Of a DNA stretch of 64,000 nt, positions 18,557-27,600 are shown piece by piece. Below the pieces are notes generated by a model. The model did no database searches and had not been told where the DNA came from. It was given only the letters and a program-made list of their open reading frames with translations. Within the stretch, counting starts at the first letter, position 1; every line of letters starts with the position of its first letter. Origin of the DNA: a virus (lineage: Duplodnaviria; Caudoviricetes); the IMG/VR virus record IMGVR_UViG_3300027914_001343, positions 85,167-149,166 of that record. One strand, 5' to 3'. The position numbers and the translations under genes were made by a program.

Positions 18557-19465
18557 TTAAGCTTCAGACGGGTTTTGCGCGTCAGCACCGACATTGCTTT
18601 CACATTCAGGTTCGACTTGCTCAGTCGGTTCATCGTTTTCAGCTTCCAGACGCGCTGCGTTTTCGGCGATCTGTTGCATCAGTTCCGGAGAGAACATGTT
18701 TTCCGGCAGAACTTGACGACGATTGTAGTTGGCGAGATCATATTCGAATTCACCAGCTTCATTCTTCGTCACGATAACACCAATACAACCAGTACCAGCA
18801 GAGATCTGTTTCAGGTTTTCCACATCCTGTTCGGTCTTGGCAAGGATACAGAACGTGTTCCACTGGATCCCGTTCTGATTTTCAGTGGCGTACAGTTCCG
18901 GGTTGGCATCGACCTTGGAAGTGATTTCGGCAGAGACATGGTTGAAGTTTTGATCAATATCATCAGTAAGTTCCGGATTGATACTGACAACCTGTTCCAC
19001 AGCATGACCGCAGGTCGCCAAAATTTCAGCGATCTTTACAGCGTGCACGTCAACGTTTTCGTCACCAAAACCACAGAAGACGAGATTGTTGACGGCGGCT
19101 GGGAAGCCGGCACCGACCAGGACGGTAGCGATTTCAGCGAACGACATTTCTTCGATCTTGGCAAACTTTGTAGCGAAAAGCTCGAGGCGACCCTTGGCTG
19201 CCGTGGCGTTTTCGTGGATCTTGGCAATGGCGACGTCAATGAATTCCTGGCTGGATTCCGCAGTTGCCTTTTCAGTAAGGCGCGCAACGAATTCACGGAT
19301 CTGATTCAAGCCAGCGTCGGTTTCATGGATAGCCAGTTGTTCTTCGAAACCGTGACGGACGATGATCATTTCGTCGGCGGCGCCTTCACCAGCTTGGTCT
19401 TCCATGCCCAGTTCTGCGGTTTGGTCCAGAGTTTCTTGAGCGATTGCTTGCTCTTGGGTAGTCAT
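18557..19465 (-). CDS. hypothetical acidic protein
   Basis: 302 aa, E/D-rich, strong codon bias, AAGGA RBS. Confidence 0.8.
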   Translation of the reverse strand: MTTQEQAIAQETLDQTAELGMEDQAGEGAADEMIIVRHGFEEQLAIHETDAGLNQIREFVARLTEKATAESSQEFIDVAIAKIHENATAAKGRLELFATKFAKIEEMSFAEIATVLVGAGFPAAVNNLVFCGFGDENVDVHAVKIAEILATCGHAVEQVVSINPELTDDIDQNFNHVSAEITSKVDANPELYATENQNGIQWNTFCILAKTEQDVENLKQISAGTGCIGVIVTKNEAGEFEYDLANYNRRQVLPENMFSPELMQQIAENAARLEAENDEPTEQVEPECESNVGADAQNPSEA

Positions 19466-19541
19466 TTTTTAATGCTTTCCTTGTTTGGAGTGTTAAAGGA
19501 CAGGGCACCGAATAGTGCCCTGGTACTACAAAGCCGGCAGA

Positions 19542-20000
19542 TTAATCAGCCAGCAGGGTTGCTGCACGAGCCTTGGCGTCTTTCAGGATTTCATTGAACT
19601 CGCCGCGTTTGGCAACGGCGGCACTACGAACTTTCATGACGATGCTGCCGTGCGAGACGACTTGTTCGCCGGGCTTGGCGGGATTTTGACTGACGGTCTT
19701 GCGGTTGTACACACCTTCGTACTTGTCACCACCAGTGCCGTTGATGGTGACGCTGAAAGTGTTCAGTTTGCCGTTCTTTTTCATTTCGTCCGGCGCGACC
19801 GTGTCAAGTGCCAAAGCGGCAGCAGCCACGATACTGGCACGGTAGTTATTCGATAGAGCTTCGGACTCAGCAGTCAGGCCTTCCGGCAGATTGCGGACGT
19901 AGAAGTCCTTATCGGCAACGATCGTGCCTGCAGTTTTGTCGATGGTGCCGTTCTTGATCAGGTCTTCAGCGAGTTTTTTGGTTTCGGGAGAAACTGCCAT
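19542..20000 (-). CDS. hypothetical protein, likely abundant
   Basis: 152 aa, strong codon bias, AAGGA RBS. Confidence 0.8.
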   Translation of the reverse strand: MAVSPETKKLAEDLIKNGTIDKTAGTIVADKDFYVRNLPEGLTAESEALSNNYRASIVAAAALALDTVAPDEMKKNGKLNTFSVTINGTGGDKYEGVYNRKTVSQNPAKPGEQVVSHGSIVMKVRSAAVAKRGEFNEILKDAKARAATLLAD

Positions 20001-20003
20001 GAT

Positions 20004-20411
20004 TCATTTCCTTGTTTTAGAGTTGCGATTATTTCGGTCACCATCCCAGCGATTCCGCACGGAATAGAAACCAGTTGTTTCTGCCGCTGGCGCAGCAGGA
20101 GTTGTTACGATCCTGGCTTTCTTAAGAACAACACTAGAAACCAGGTAACCTTGCACTGCTGCTGCGCCATTATTCACGGCTTGTGCAACAGCTGACTGCC
20201 CTACAAGAACAGTCATCTTTCCTTCGCGCTTATAAAACATCACGAGGCCTTCCGGATTAATTTCTGAGTCCTTGAAACCAGTGACGTAACCAGTACTGAG
20301 GTCGTTAAGCTCAGAAACACTCACTTCAATCTTGGGCATCGTCGGAACAAGACCGATGAGCTTCTTGTAGTCATGTACGACATCAGCAAAATACAGTACT
20401 TTACCAGACAT
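20004..20411 (-). CDS. hypothetical protein
   Basis: ATG 20411 with AAGGAG RBS. Confidence 0.7.
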   Translation of the reverse strand: MSGKVLYFADVVHDYKKLIGLVPTMPKIEVSVSELNDLSTGYVTGFKDSEINPEGLVMFYKREGKMTVLVGQSAVAQAVNNGAAAVQGYLVSSVVLKKARIVTTPAAPAAETTGFYSVRNRWDGDRNNRNSKTRK

Positions 20412-20456
20412 CCGATTCTCCTTATTCTGCATAGCTTAGCTATGTGCTGTAAGAAA

Positions 20457-21122
20457 TTACTCGGTGTCGTCTTCGCCGAAAACTTCACGAGTCTCATCTT
20501 CGATCTGGTCTTCCATCTCGATAGGACCAGGGAAGTAGCTTGAAACCAAGCAGCTGTCCTCACTGTAAGTGAAGTTAATAATGCTCACATTGTTGTCGAG
20601 CGATAAAAGCCTGATTGTTTCCAGTTCGTGGTCGTCGAAGGAACCCACGAGAACAACAGCGTTTTCACCGTCGTTATGCGATGCAGCCATCAGATCAAAA
20701 GCTTCCTTCAAACGACCGGCTGTCTCAGGAACAAAAGGATACAGACAACCAAGACTGATCTCGGCAAAATCAGCGTCGCTGGCCTTGATACCGATCCAAC
20801 CGAGTTCGCGCCGGATACTGTCGAAAATCATCGCACGTTCTTCGGTCGGCATTTCTTTCCAGGCCAGGAATGATTCGACGGCTATGAAGACTTTTGCGTC
20901 ACCGAGTTCATGACCCATTGCAACGAGATCCGACAGCAGTTCACACATATCGCGGTTCTCTTCTGGAAGCTTGCCAGTGGAAGCACAAGCTTCGTTATAG
21001 CGCGCAAGCAAGTCATTGCGGCTATCGTCGCAATTGTCGAGTGCAACCGCGATCTCAGCAGCACTGTAATGACGCATCAGCAACGCACCGTCTTGCGGCA
21101 AAATAGTTTGTTCAGATACCAT
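20457..21122 (-). CDS. hypothetical early protein
   Basis: ATG 21122 with GAGG RBS; first gene after the early promoter. Confidence 0.7.
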   Translation of the reverse strand: MVSEQTILPQDGALLMRHYSAAEIAVALDNCDDSRNDLLARYNEACASTGKLPEENRDMCELLSDLVAMGHELGDAKVFIAVESFLAWKEMPTEERAMIFDSIRRELGWIGIKASDADFAEISLGCLYPFVPETAGRLKEAFDLMAASHNDGENAVVLVGSFDDHELETIRLLSLDNNVSIINFTYSEDSCLVSSYFPGPIEMEDQIEDETREVFGEDDTE

Positions 21123-21186
21123 TTCTTTAACCCTCTTGTTTAGTAAATGAAGGAACATTAAGAATCTACAGTTCCAACCCAAGTTT

Positions 21187-21210
21187 GTGATATAGGTCTG
21201 AAATATTTTT
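21187..21210 (-). promoter_or_regulatory. phiKZ-type early promoter
   Basis: Minus strand AAAAATATTTCAGACCTATATCAC; one mismatch to the phiKZ early consensus TATATTAC; near-identical to the 43088 copy. Confidence 0.7.
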
Positions 21211-21218
21211 CATTAGGG

Positions 21219-21246
21219 CATATAGGCTAGGCCGAAGCCTAGCCTA
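21219..21246 (-). terminator. hairpin-TATG element
   Basis: Minus strand: TAGGCTAGGC ttcg GCCTAGCCTA TATGCC (cUUCGg loop) after the protease stop. Confidence 0.75.
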
Positions 21247-21251
21247 GTAGA

Positions 21252-22013
21252 TTACCACTTAGTCCATGCAGGGGTTGCCGAAGCCGGCTTGTTCCACCCC
21301 ATGGTGTTTACAAGTTCTTTAGCGAGACCAATACCTGCGTCCTCAGCAGCATACCCATGCGGAAGCTTAGTTTCAGCAACACGCTGGATTACGCTACGAG
21401 AAATCTGGCGATCGACATAGCATTCGAGCTTAGGCGACTTGTATTTCTCAGCAACAGAAATACCAGGCTCAGTTACAACGTCCCAGGTGATAATCTGGCG
21501 CAGAACACGTTTCGTGATGCCGTGCTCGCGATAGTCGTCAGTAAAAGCCCGAATCGAGAAACAAACATTTTCATGCTTGTTGTCGAGAGACTTTTCGAAG
21601 TGTCCACCATGTGGACCACTGCCCTTAACCTTGGCCAGCATTGCAATCACAGGTTTGCCTTGCTCGTCCTTGACGCTGTCAAAATCGAGCCAGATTTCCT
21701 TATAATGACACGCCACGTTATCTTCGTAGATGTTCATCACGCGATTAACGAATTGGTCTTCAGTCATACCTGGCATGAACTTCGGATGACCGAGCTCACC
21801 CTTCAGTTTGCCACCCTTCACACGACGCTGGAAAGAGCTACTGCCTTCAAAGAGCTTGACAGCTTCTTGATGTTCATAGAACTGACCAGCAGAATTGTAG
21901 ACACCCAAGGCACCAAGCACGACCGTGTAGTAACCATCATCATCCTTATTTAGGATTCCTTGCTTACCAGTATTGTCGAGAGCAGTACAGGTAAAACGCA
22001 CAGTAGCAGCCAT
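21252..22013 (-). CDS. prohead protease (gp175-like)
   Basis: GELGHP, CFSIRA and WDVVTEPG catalytic motifs; GGAG RBS. Confidence 0.9.
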   Translation of the reverse strand: MAATVRFTCTALDNTGKQGILNKDDDGYYTVVLGALGVYNSAGQFYEHQEAVKLFEGSSSFQRRVKGGKLKGELGHPKFMPGMTEDQFVNRVMNIYEDNVACHYKEIWLDFDSVKDEQGKPVIAMLAKVKGSGPHGGHFEKSLDNKHENVCFSIRAFTDDYREHGITKRVLRQIITWDVVTEPGISVAEKYKSPKLECYVDRQISRSVIQRVAETKLPHGYAAEDAGIGLAKELVNTMGWNKPASATPAWTKW

Positions 22014-22029
22014 TTTCTAGCTCCCTTTA

Positions 22030-22755
22030 TTAACGACGCAAAATTGATTCAATACGTTCAGTACGATCAGCAGGAGTAACAAGCGCACTTACCAAACCAT
22101 CGTGGAAAAAAGCACCAGCCAGTTTATTGGTGGTGTTAGTTGCACCGAACTGAACGCTCTTCAGAGGAATAAAAGCTGGAGGATTCTTGGAAAGATCCGT
22201 CATGTCTTTTACAACCTGTCTGTAATACTTAGTGCGATCATTAGGATCACGACTGATCATCGAAACAATCAGTTCTGTTACTTCTTGGTTAGCACCAATA
22301 TTTGCACCAGCATGTTCTTTAGCTGTGTCAAAGATCTTACCCATTTCGGTATAACCAAGATACCAAGGCACACGACCCTTCGAAATAATCTCATCGTAAA
22401 TACGGTAAGTGAGGGTGTCAGTCATAACCAGATCGAGGCTGGAAATGACGGTGCTGCCTGGTTCAAAAACAAATTCATAGTACTCATCGCCAAGAACGTT
22501 AATCACGTTTGTGGATGTAGGCTCGATACGCATCATCGCATTAACGACTGAAACCGCGTAGAACGTATCGTCAACAATAATGGCATAAATACCAACGATG
22601 GTTGTTTCAATACCAATGGAGGCGAGATTGCGTTCCTCAAACCGAACCGGGATTTGAATCTTGCAGCCTTTGGTAGTAATCAACCGACCATCAGGAAGTT
22701 CTTTGAGAACACTATGGATTCTCCCGGCATCACGCACCAGTTGCTTTGGATTCAT
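22030..22755 (-). CDS. conserved phiKZ-like protein (gp176-like)
   Basis: ATG 22755 (MNPKQLVRD); synteny between protease and vRNAP. Confidence 0.75.
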   Translation of the reverse strand: MNPKQLVRDAGRIHSVLKELPDGRLITTKGCKIQIPVRFEERNLASIGIETTIVGIYAIIVDDTFYAVSVVNAMMRIEPTSTNVINVLGDEYYEFVFEPGSTVISSLDLVMTDTLTYRIYDEIISKGRVPWYLGYTEMGKIFDTAKEHAGANIGANQEVTELIVSMISRDPNDRTKYYRQVVKDMTDLSKNPPAFIPLKSVQFGATNTTNKLAGAFFHDGLVSALVTPADRTERIESILRR

Positions 22756-22921
22756 CTTCCGTACCCCGTTTGTTTTTGATAATCTCAATGAAACGCATAA
22801 ACTCTTCTTTATACTTACGTTCTTCTTCCAACGTAAGTTTCGGTGGTTTAAATCCGATACAGGCATGAATACCAGAACAACCACAGCGAGGACATGCTGC
22901 AAAACTAAGTTTGTTTTTCAT
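22730..22921 (-). CDS. small Cys/His-motif protein
   Basis: 63 aa, CPRC...HAC; fills the gap between gp177-like and gp176-like genes. Confidence 0.45.
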   Translation of the reverse strand: MKNKLSFAACPRCGCSGIHACIGFKPPKLTLEEERKYKEEFMRFIEIIKNKRGTEDESKATGA

Positions 22922-22968
22922 TACGAGTCCCGACGGATAAAGCGAGCTCCGTCGGGAGCTCGCTATGG

Positions 22969-24408
22969 TTAGGCAACGACCTTCACAACCATCTGAGTAG
23001 CCACCCAGTCAGCGATGTATTCGAGAATAGCAATAGCCGCCGCTTCACGAATTTCGATTTCAGGATTTGCTTTCTTGGCGTTTTCAATGCCGGTCAGAAT
23101 ACGCTCCGCGCCAGAGTTCGGGAATCGGGCGTAACAAACCAACTTCAGACAAAGAGCGTAAAGATCGACCAGTTCCGATTCAGTAACATACTGAAGCATC
23201 TCGTTGAACTTATTCAGAACCTTGTCAATATTGCCAATAGTTCCGAGTTCTTCCTGGGTGATTTCCTTGAGCTGCAGTTGGAAGTGCATCGCAAGGAACT
23301 CTTTGATGCGGTTGTAACGACGATTGCGTTCAACGCTTTGCACCAGACCACAATGGTGATCCCAGACAGCCTTCAATTCAGCTGCTTTCTCAAGCAGCGC
23401 CAGGTTGCTGGTGAGCATCGGACCCTTGACCAAGCTACCGAAGAGCACCTCGTTCGAACCACCGGCTTCAATGAAACGCTTGTAGTTAGGACCATCCACA
23501 GTCACAGTGTTGTCGGTGTAACTGAGTACAAGCAGAGCAGTCTTTTCAGTGCGTTCCATCTTGGACAGATGGTAAGCAACCACGTTGCCTGCGTTGTTAC
23601 GGAAATCCGCCATCAAGTTTTCGTAGTCGCTTGCGGCCATTTCGGTGCCGTTCGGAACATCATCAATAAGACGGCGAGCCAGTAGGAAAACAGCGAGAGC
23701 GCGATCTTTACCGAGTTCAGCGTCATTCAGCAGATCACGGAACGTAACGATCTTGGTGTCGGTGAGATCAGCTTGTTTCTGTTGGAAGAAGGTTTCCCAG
23801 ACAGAGATAAAGAAATCGATACCGATAGCCGCAGCCCATTGGCGAATGTCGTTGTCGAGAATAATGTTGCCAGTCATCATGTTTTCAATGACGTCGCTAA
23901 CCGCCATGGAAGGCAGGCGCATGCGAAGAGCGGGGTTCTGGTAAGCAAGGCTTTCGAAGTCTTCAACCATGCGTTTGATAGCTGGGTTGAGCAACGGTGC
24001 CGGTTCGTCCTTGACGATGACTTCCATACCAAGCAGTTCGGATGCAGACATACCGCCAATGCTTTCCGAAACCTTGTGAACAAGTTCGGAAACGACAGGC
24101 GCAACAACAGTGCGAGCAAAGTTGATTTGACCTTGAACGGACTTAGCGGCAACAGCTGTAATTTCGTCCATGGTCTTGTCGTGATCGGAAGTACCGAAAC
24201 ATGGATTGACGGTGTTTGCGATATAAAGCATGTCGTCGACACTCGGCGCAATATTCTCGCCGTTGATAACAACAAACTTTTCATCAGCACGAGCAGCCAT
24301 GACCAGTTCCTTCAGCGGAGAGATCTCCAGAGGAACAATAATCATGGAACGCGCATCAGCCACTTCCATCAACGAATAGGCCGAATCAATGGCGGACTTG
24401 TTAAGCAT
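22969..24408 (-). CDS. conserved phiKZ-like protein (gp177-like)
   Basis: ~480 aa from ATG 24408; synteny. Confidence 0.75.
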   Translation of the reverse strand: MLNKSAIDSAYSLMEVADARSMIIVPLEISPLKELVMAARADEKFVVINGENIAPSVDDMLYIANTVNPCFGTSDHDKTMDEITAVAAKSVQGQINFARTVVAPVVSELVHKVSESIGGMSASELLGMEVIVKDEPAPLLNPAIKRMVEDFESLAYQNPALRMRLPSMAVSDVIENMMTGNIILDNDIRQWAAAIGIDFFISVWETFFQQKQADLTDTKIVTFRDLLNDAELGKDRALAVFLLARRLIDDVPNGTEMAASDYENLMADFRNNAGNVVAYHLSKMERTEKTALLVLSYTDNTVTVDGPNYKRFIEAGGSNEVLFGSLVKGPMLTSNLALLEKAAELKAVWDHHCGLVQSVERNRRYNRIKEFLAMHFQLQLKEITQEELGTIGNIDKVLNKFNEMLQYVTESELVDLYALCLKLVCYARFPNSGAERILTGIENAKKANPEIEIREAAAIAILEYIADWVATQMVVKVVA

Positions 24409-24607
24409 TGTGAGCCCCATTCAGCTTGGCGCTCAGGCTTGCTTGGAAGCGGGTCTGGGCGAGGTTGTAAACGACGCTACGGGTGATGGGCGAACCATTC
24501 AGGGTATCAGCCACTTCATTACCGAGCACTTCAAACGCGATAGCTGCTACCAGCTCGGCACCATTGGCCAGAGTAGCGAGCGTCTCGACGGATTTCTGGT
24601 GTCTCAT
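24401..24607 (-). CDS. small hypothetical protein
   Basis: GGAG/AGGA RBS; stop overlaps the next gene's 5' end. Confidence 0.55.
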   Translation of the reverse strand: MRHQKSVETLATLANGAELVAAIAFEVLGNEVADTLNGSPITRSVVYNLAQTRFQASLSAKLNGAHNA

Positions 24608-24627
24608 TTCCTGTCTCCGGTTTGACA

Positions 24628-24661
24628 AATAAATAAACTAGGGGAGCTTTGGCTCCCCTAG
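24628..24661 (-). terminator. intrinsic terminator
   Basis: Minus strand: CTAGGGGAGC caaa GCTCCCCTAG followed by TTTATTTATTT. Confidence 0.7.
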
Positions 24662-24664
24662 CGA

Positions 24665-27600
24665 TCACTTCCTGTAGATCTCCACAGCTTTCTTGGCGAC
24701 TACCTTCAGCAGAGTCGTGGTCGTACCAATAACGAAGGGGCTCGTTACAATACGATCGTAAATAGACTTCTGACCAAAGATACCATCAACGATAATACCT
24801 GATTCCGTTCGAATCTCGAACGGTTGTACCTTACCGAAAACGGTTTTGAGCTGGTTACAGAACACGCCCTTGTCACCGATACCGGCAGGTGCATCACCAG
24901 TGATGTAAATGCGAATCGCCATGGAGTCCAATGCAAGGGGTTCGCCCTCGACACGGAAACTCTCATCGACTTGCCCAGTAAAGGATTTCTTGCCGAGCTC
25001 ACGACTTCTACGCATCAGCTCCTTGTCAGAAGCATTAACAATAGAGCGGAGTGTTTCGGACATGTCTTCCTTTTCGCCGTGATAGAAAACCTCGATACGT
25101 TCAACAACGCCCTTGGATTTCGCCATAGGGGTTTGTGCGCCGAGAACGCGGAGTGCTTCAATGGATTCCTCATCAAACATGCCGGCCCTGGAGGTCACAG
25201 CATCTTCGATTATGCATAAAATGTCTTCGGATTCCACAACATCGCCAACTTTGATCAGTTTTCTTACACTCTGATCAAACGTAACGACAATGGTTCGTAC
25301 CTTAGTTGTCTTGGTTTTCAACAACTCAGCCACTCTCTTAGAGATAGTAGAAGAGTCTTCCAGCGTATCTGTGCTTTCGAACAGAGCCGTCTTTACAAGA
25401 GTAGCTGTCTTCCAAACGACAGTACCGGGACAAAGAGGATCTTTTTCAAAGAACCCAGGGTTGTAAGTGAGGATATCGCCTTCCTTCACTTTTTGTCCGA
25501 TCTTAACATTCGCAACGACTTCTTGCGGAATTGTCAGACCGCCGGAGTTACCATAGCGTCGGCCGATTTCGATATATCGACGTTCACCGTCTACGTACTC
25601 AACGCAGACAGCATTTTCGGTAACATCAACAATCTTACCGTCCTTCTTGGCAGCAAATGCAAACATGTCGCCAGTGCGCTTAGCTATGACTTGTTCATAA
25701 CCTGTCCGAACGAGAGCTGGTCTATAGCCATTACACGGAACTGTGTGTTCGTGCTGAATTGACACAAAGTTGACGCGTTTCCCATCGTCACGATCAGATG
25801 CTGGTGAAACAAGTGCCGACGAAGAGAGAAGACTTGACGGATCAGGATTCTTCAGATCAAACCTACGCGAAGTTCCGCGCAGAGAAGTGAACATCGGGTC
25901 TGCACTGGTGTAAATGTTGATACCGGTGTCAGAGCTATCCTTAGTTGCTTCAGAAATAGTACCCATGTCGTTAGGATGATAAGCGCGCGTGCGCTTCACC
26001 ATAGAGCGAGAACTACGACCGCCAGCACCGTTGTACGTAACAGACTCTTGGGCCTTCAAGTTTTCAATTGGGTTGATGTCAGACACCAAAGCAATCGACG
26101 GGTCTTGAGTGATAGTTTTCCAAACAGCAAAAGGATTCAAATCAATCTGTGCTTTTGCTTTACCTGGACGCCCAGCGTGGCCTCGGATGGAACGAACGAT
26201 TTCAGTATAAACAGCACCAGCCATACGTTCATAACCACGGAGCCGCATGTAAGCCGGATCAAGTTCATCTGGGTGTTGATCAATAAGAAGCATCTTGCAA
26301 GAACGAATAAGCAAGCCACGGAAATCAGTCGGCTCATTCATCCCAATCAGAAGTTCCTTAGTGATCGGGTCAATAAACATCCGATACATCAAATCGATCT
26401 CGCGCAGATAACGCGCGCCAAGACCAGCGCTTTCAAGCACATTCAGATAAACACCAGGACGATCAAATTCATGGCTGTTGAAGCTCTTGATAGCGCGATG
26501 ATACTCGTTGAAACCACCGAACACCATTGCGGCCAAACGATCGTCACGATTGAATACCAGGGTTTCATCACTGAAGACAACGCTGAATTCGTCTTCCGTA
26601 ACGTTTGCTCGTTGCCCAGCCATAACTCGACGTGGCGTTACCTTCAAGTACCTGAGCAAACGTTCCAACCCCATCTCGTAAGCCAGAACAACACCAACAG
26701 GAATTGGCTTACCCTGAACTTTAAGCACGGCAAATTCAACAGGCTTCTTGTTCAGGTCGAGTTCAATGCATTCTTCGAACGGCAAGAGGAGTTCGTAAAC
26801 GCCTTTGCTATTGACAACGTAAAGTGCGTCATCTTGATCGATCAATACATCGCGACCATCAGAAGTCTTACCGCAGGGTTTGAACTTCTGACTGGAACGA
26901 CCGTGAGAATAACTGTTGAACTTATCGCCGTAGACTTTCTCAAGTTTTACGTGATCCAGATACAGAGTAACGCTTACTGGTTTGGAATTAGCTTCCACGA
27001 ACTTACCAACGAAGGTGATTTCGCGGAAACCCATAGCGAGCGTGCTGTAAAGCCTTGGGGCATCGTAAGCTGAATCAAAAACGTTACTTGGTTGAATAAC
27101 CTCGATGGTTTTATCATCAGGGTCCATGCCCTTAGCCATGACAGAGTTACGCAACCAGACACCGTAGTTATCCACGCGTTTTTCGCTACGACTAACAAAC
27201 GTTTTGCCGTAGTAGCTAGTCAAAGCAACCTTGTCGAAAGAGATCTTCCGAATCGGCATATCACCACGCTGTTTACGCATGCGGTACTTAATACCGTTAG
27301 CGGAATAGACACCCTCATCATCAATAACTGGAAGCTTGAAACGAAGCGTGCTTGGCGTACCTTCAACAGGTGTAACACGAACGCTGTGAATGTCGTAACT
27401 GCCAAGAATATCCTCGACACGTTCCACTTCGTAACCAGTTACACAAAGACCTGCGTTTTGAACACCCATGACCATGCCTGCTACGTCTTTGTGGAATACC
27501 TCTTTGAGATAAACCGAATCAAAGTCCTGCAGTGTTGACTTCAGCATGGTTTTGTCAAACACAGACGGGATGTCGGGAATCTTTTTGGATTCCTTAATCT

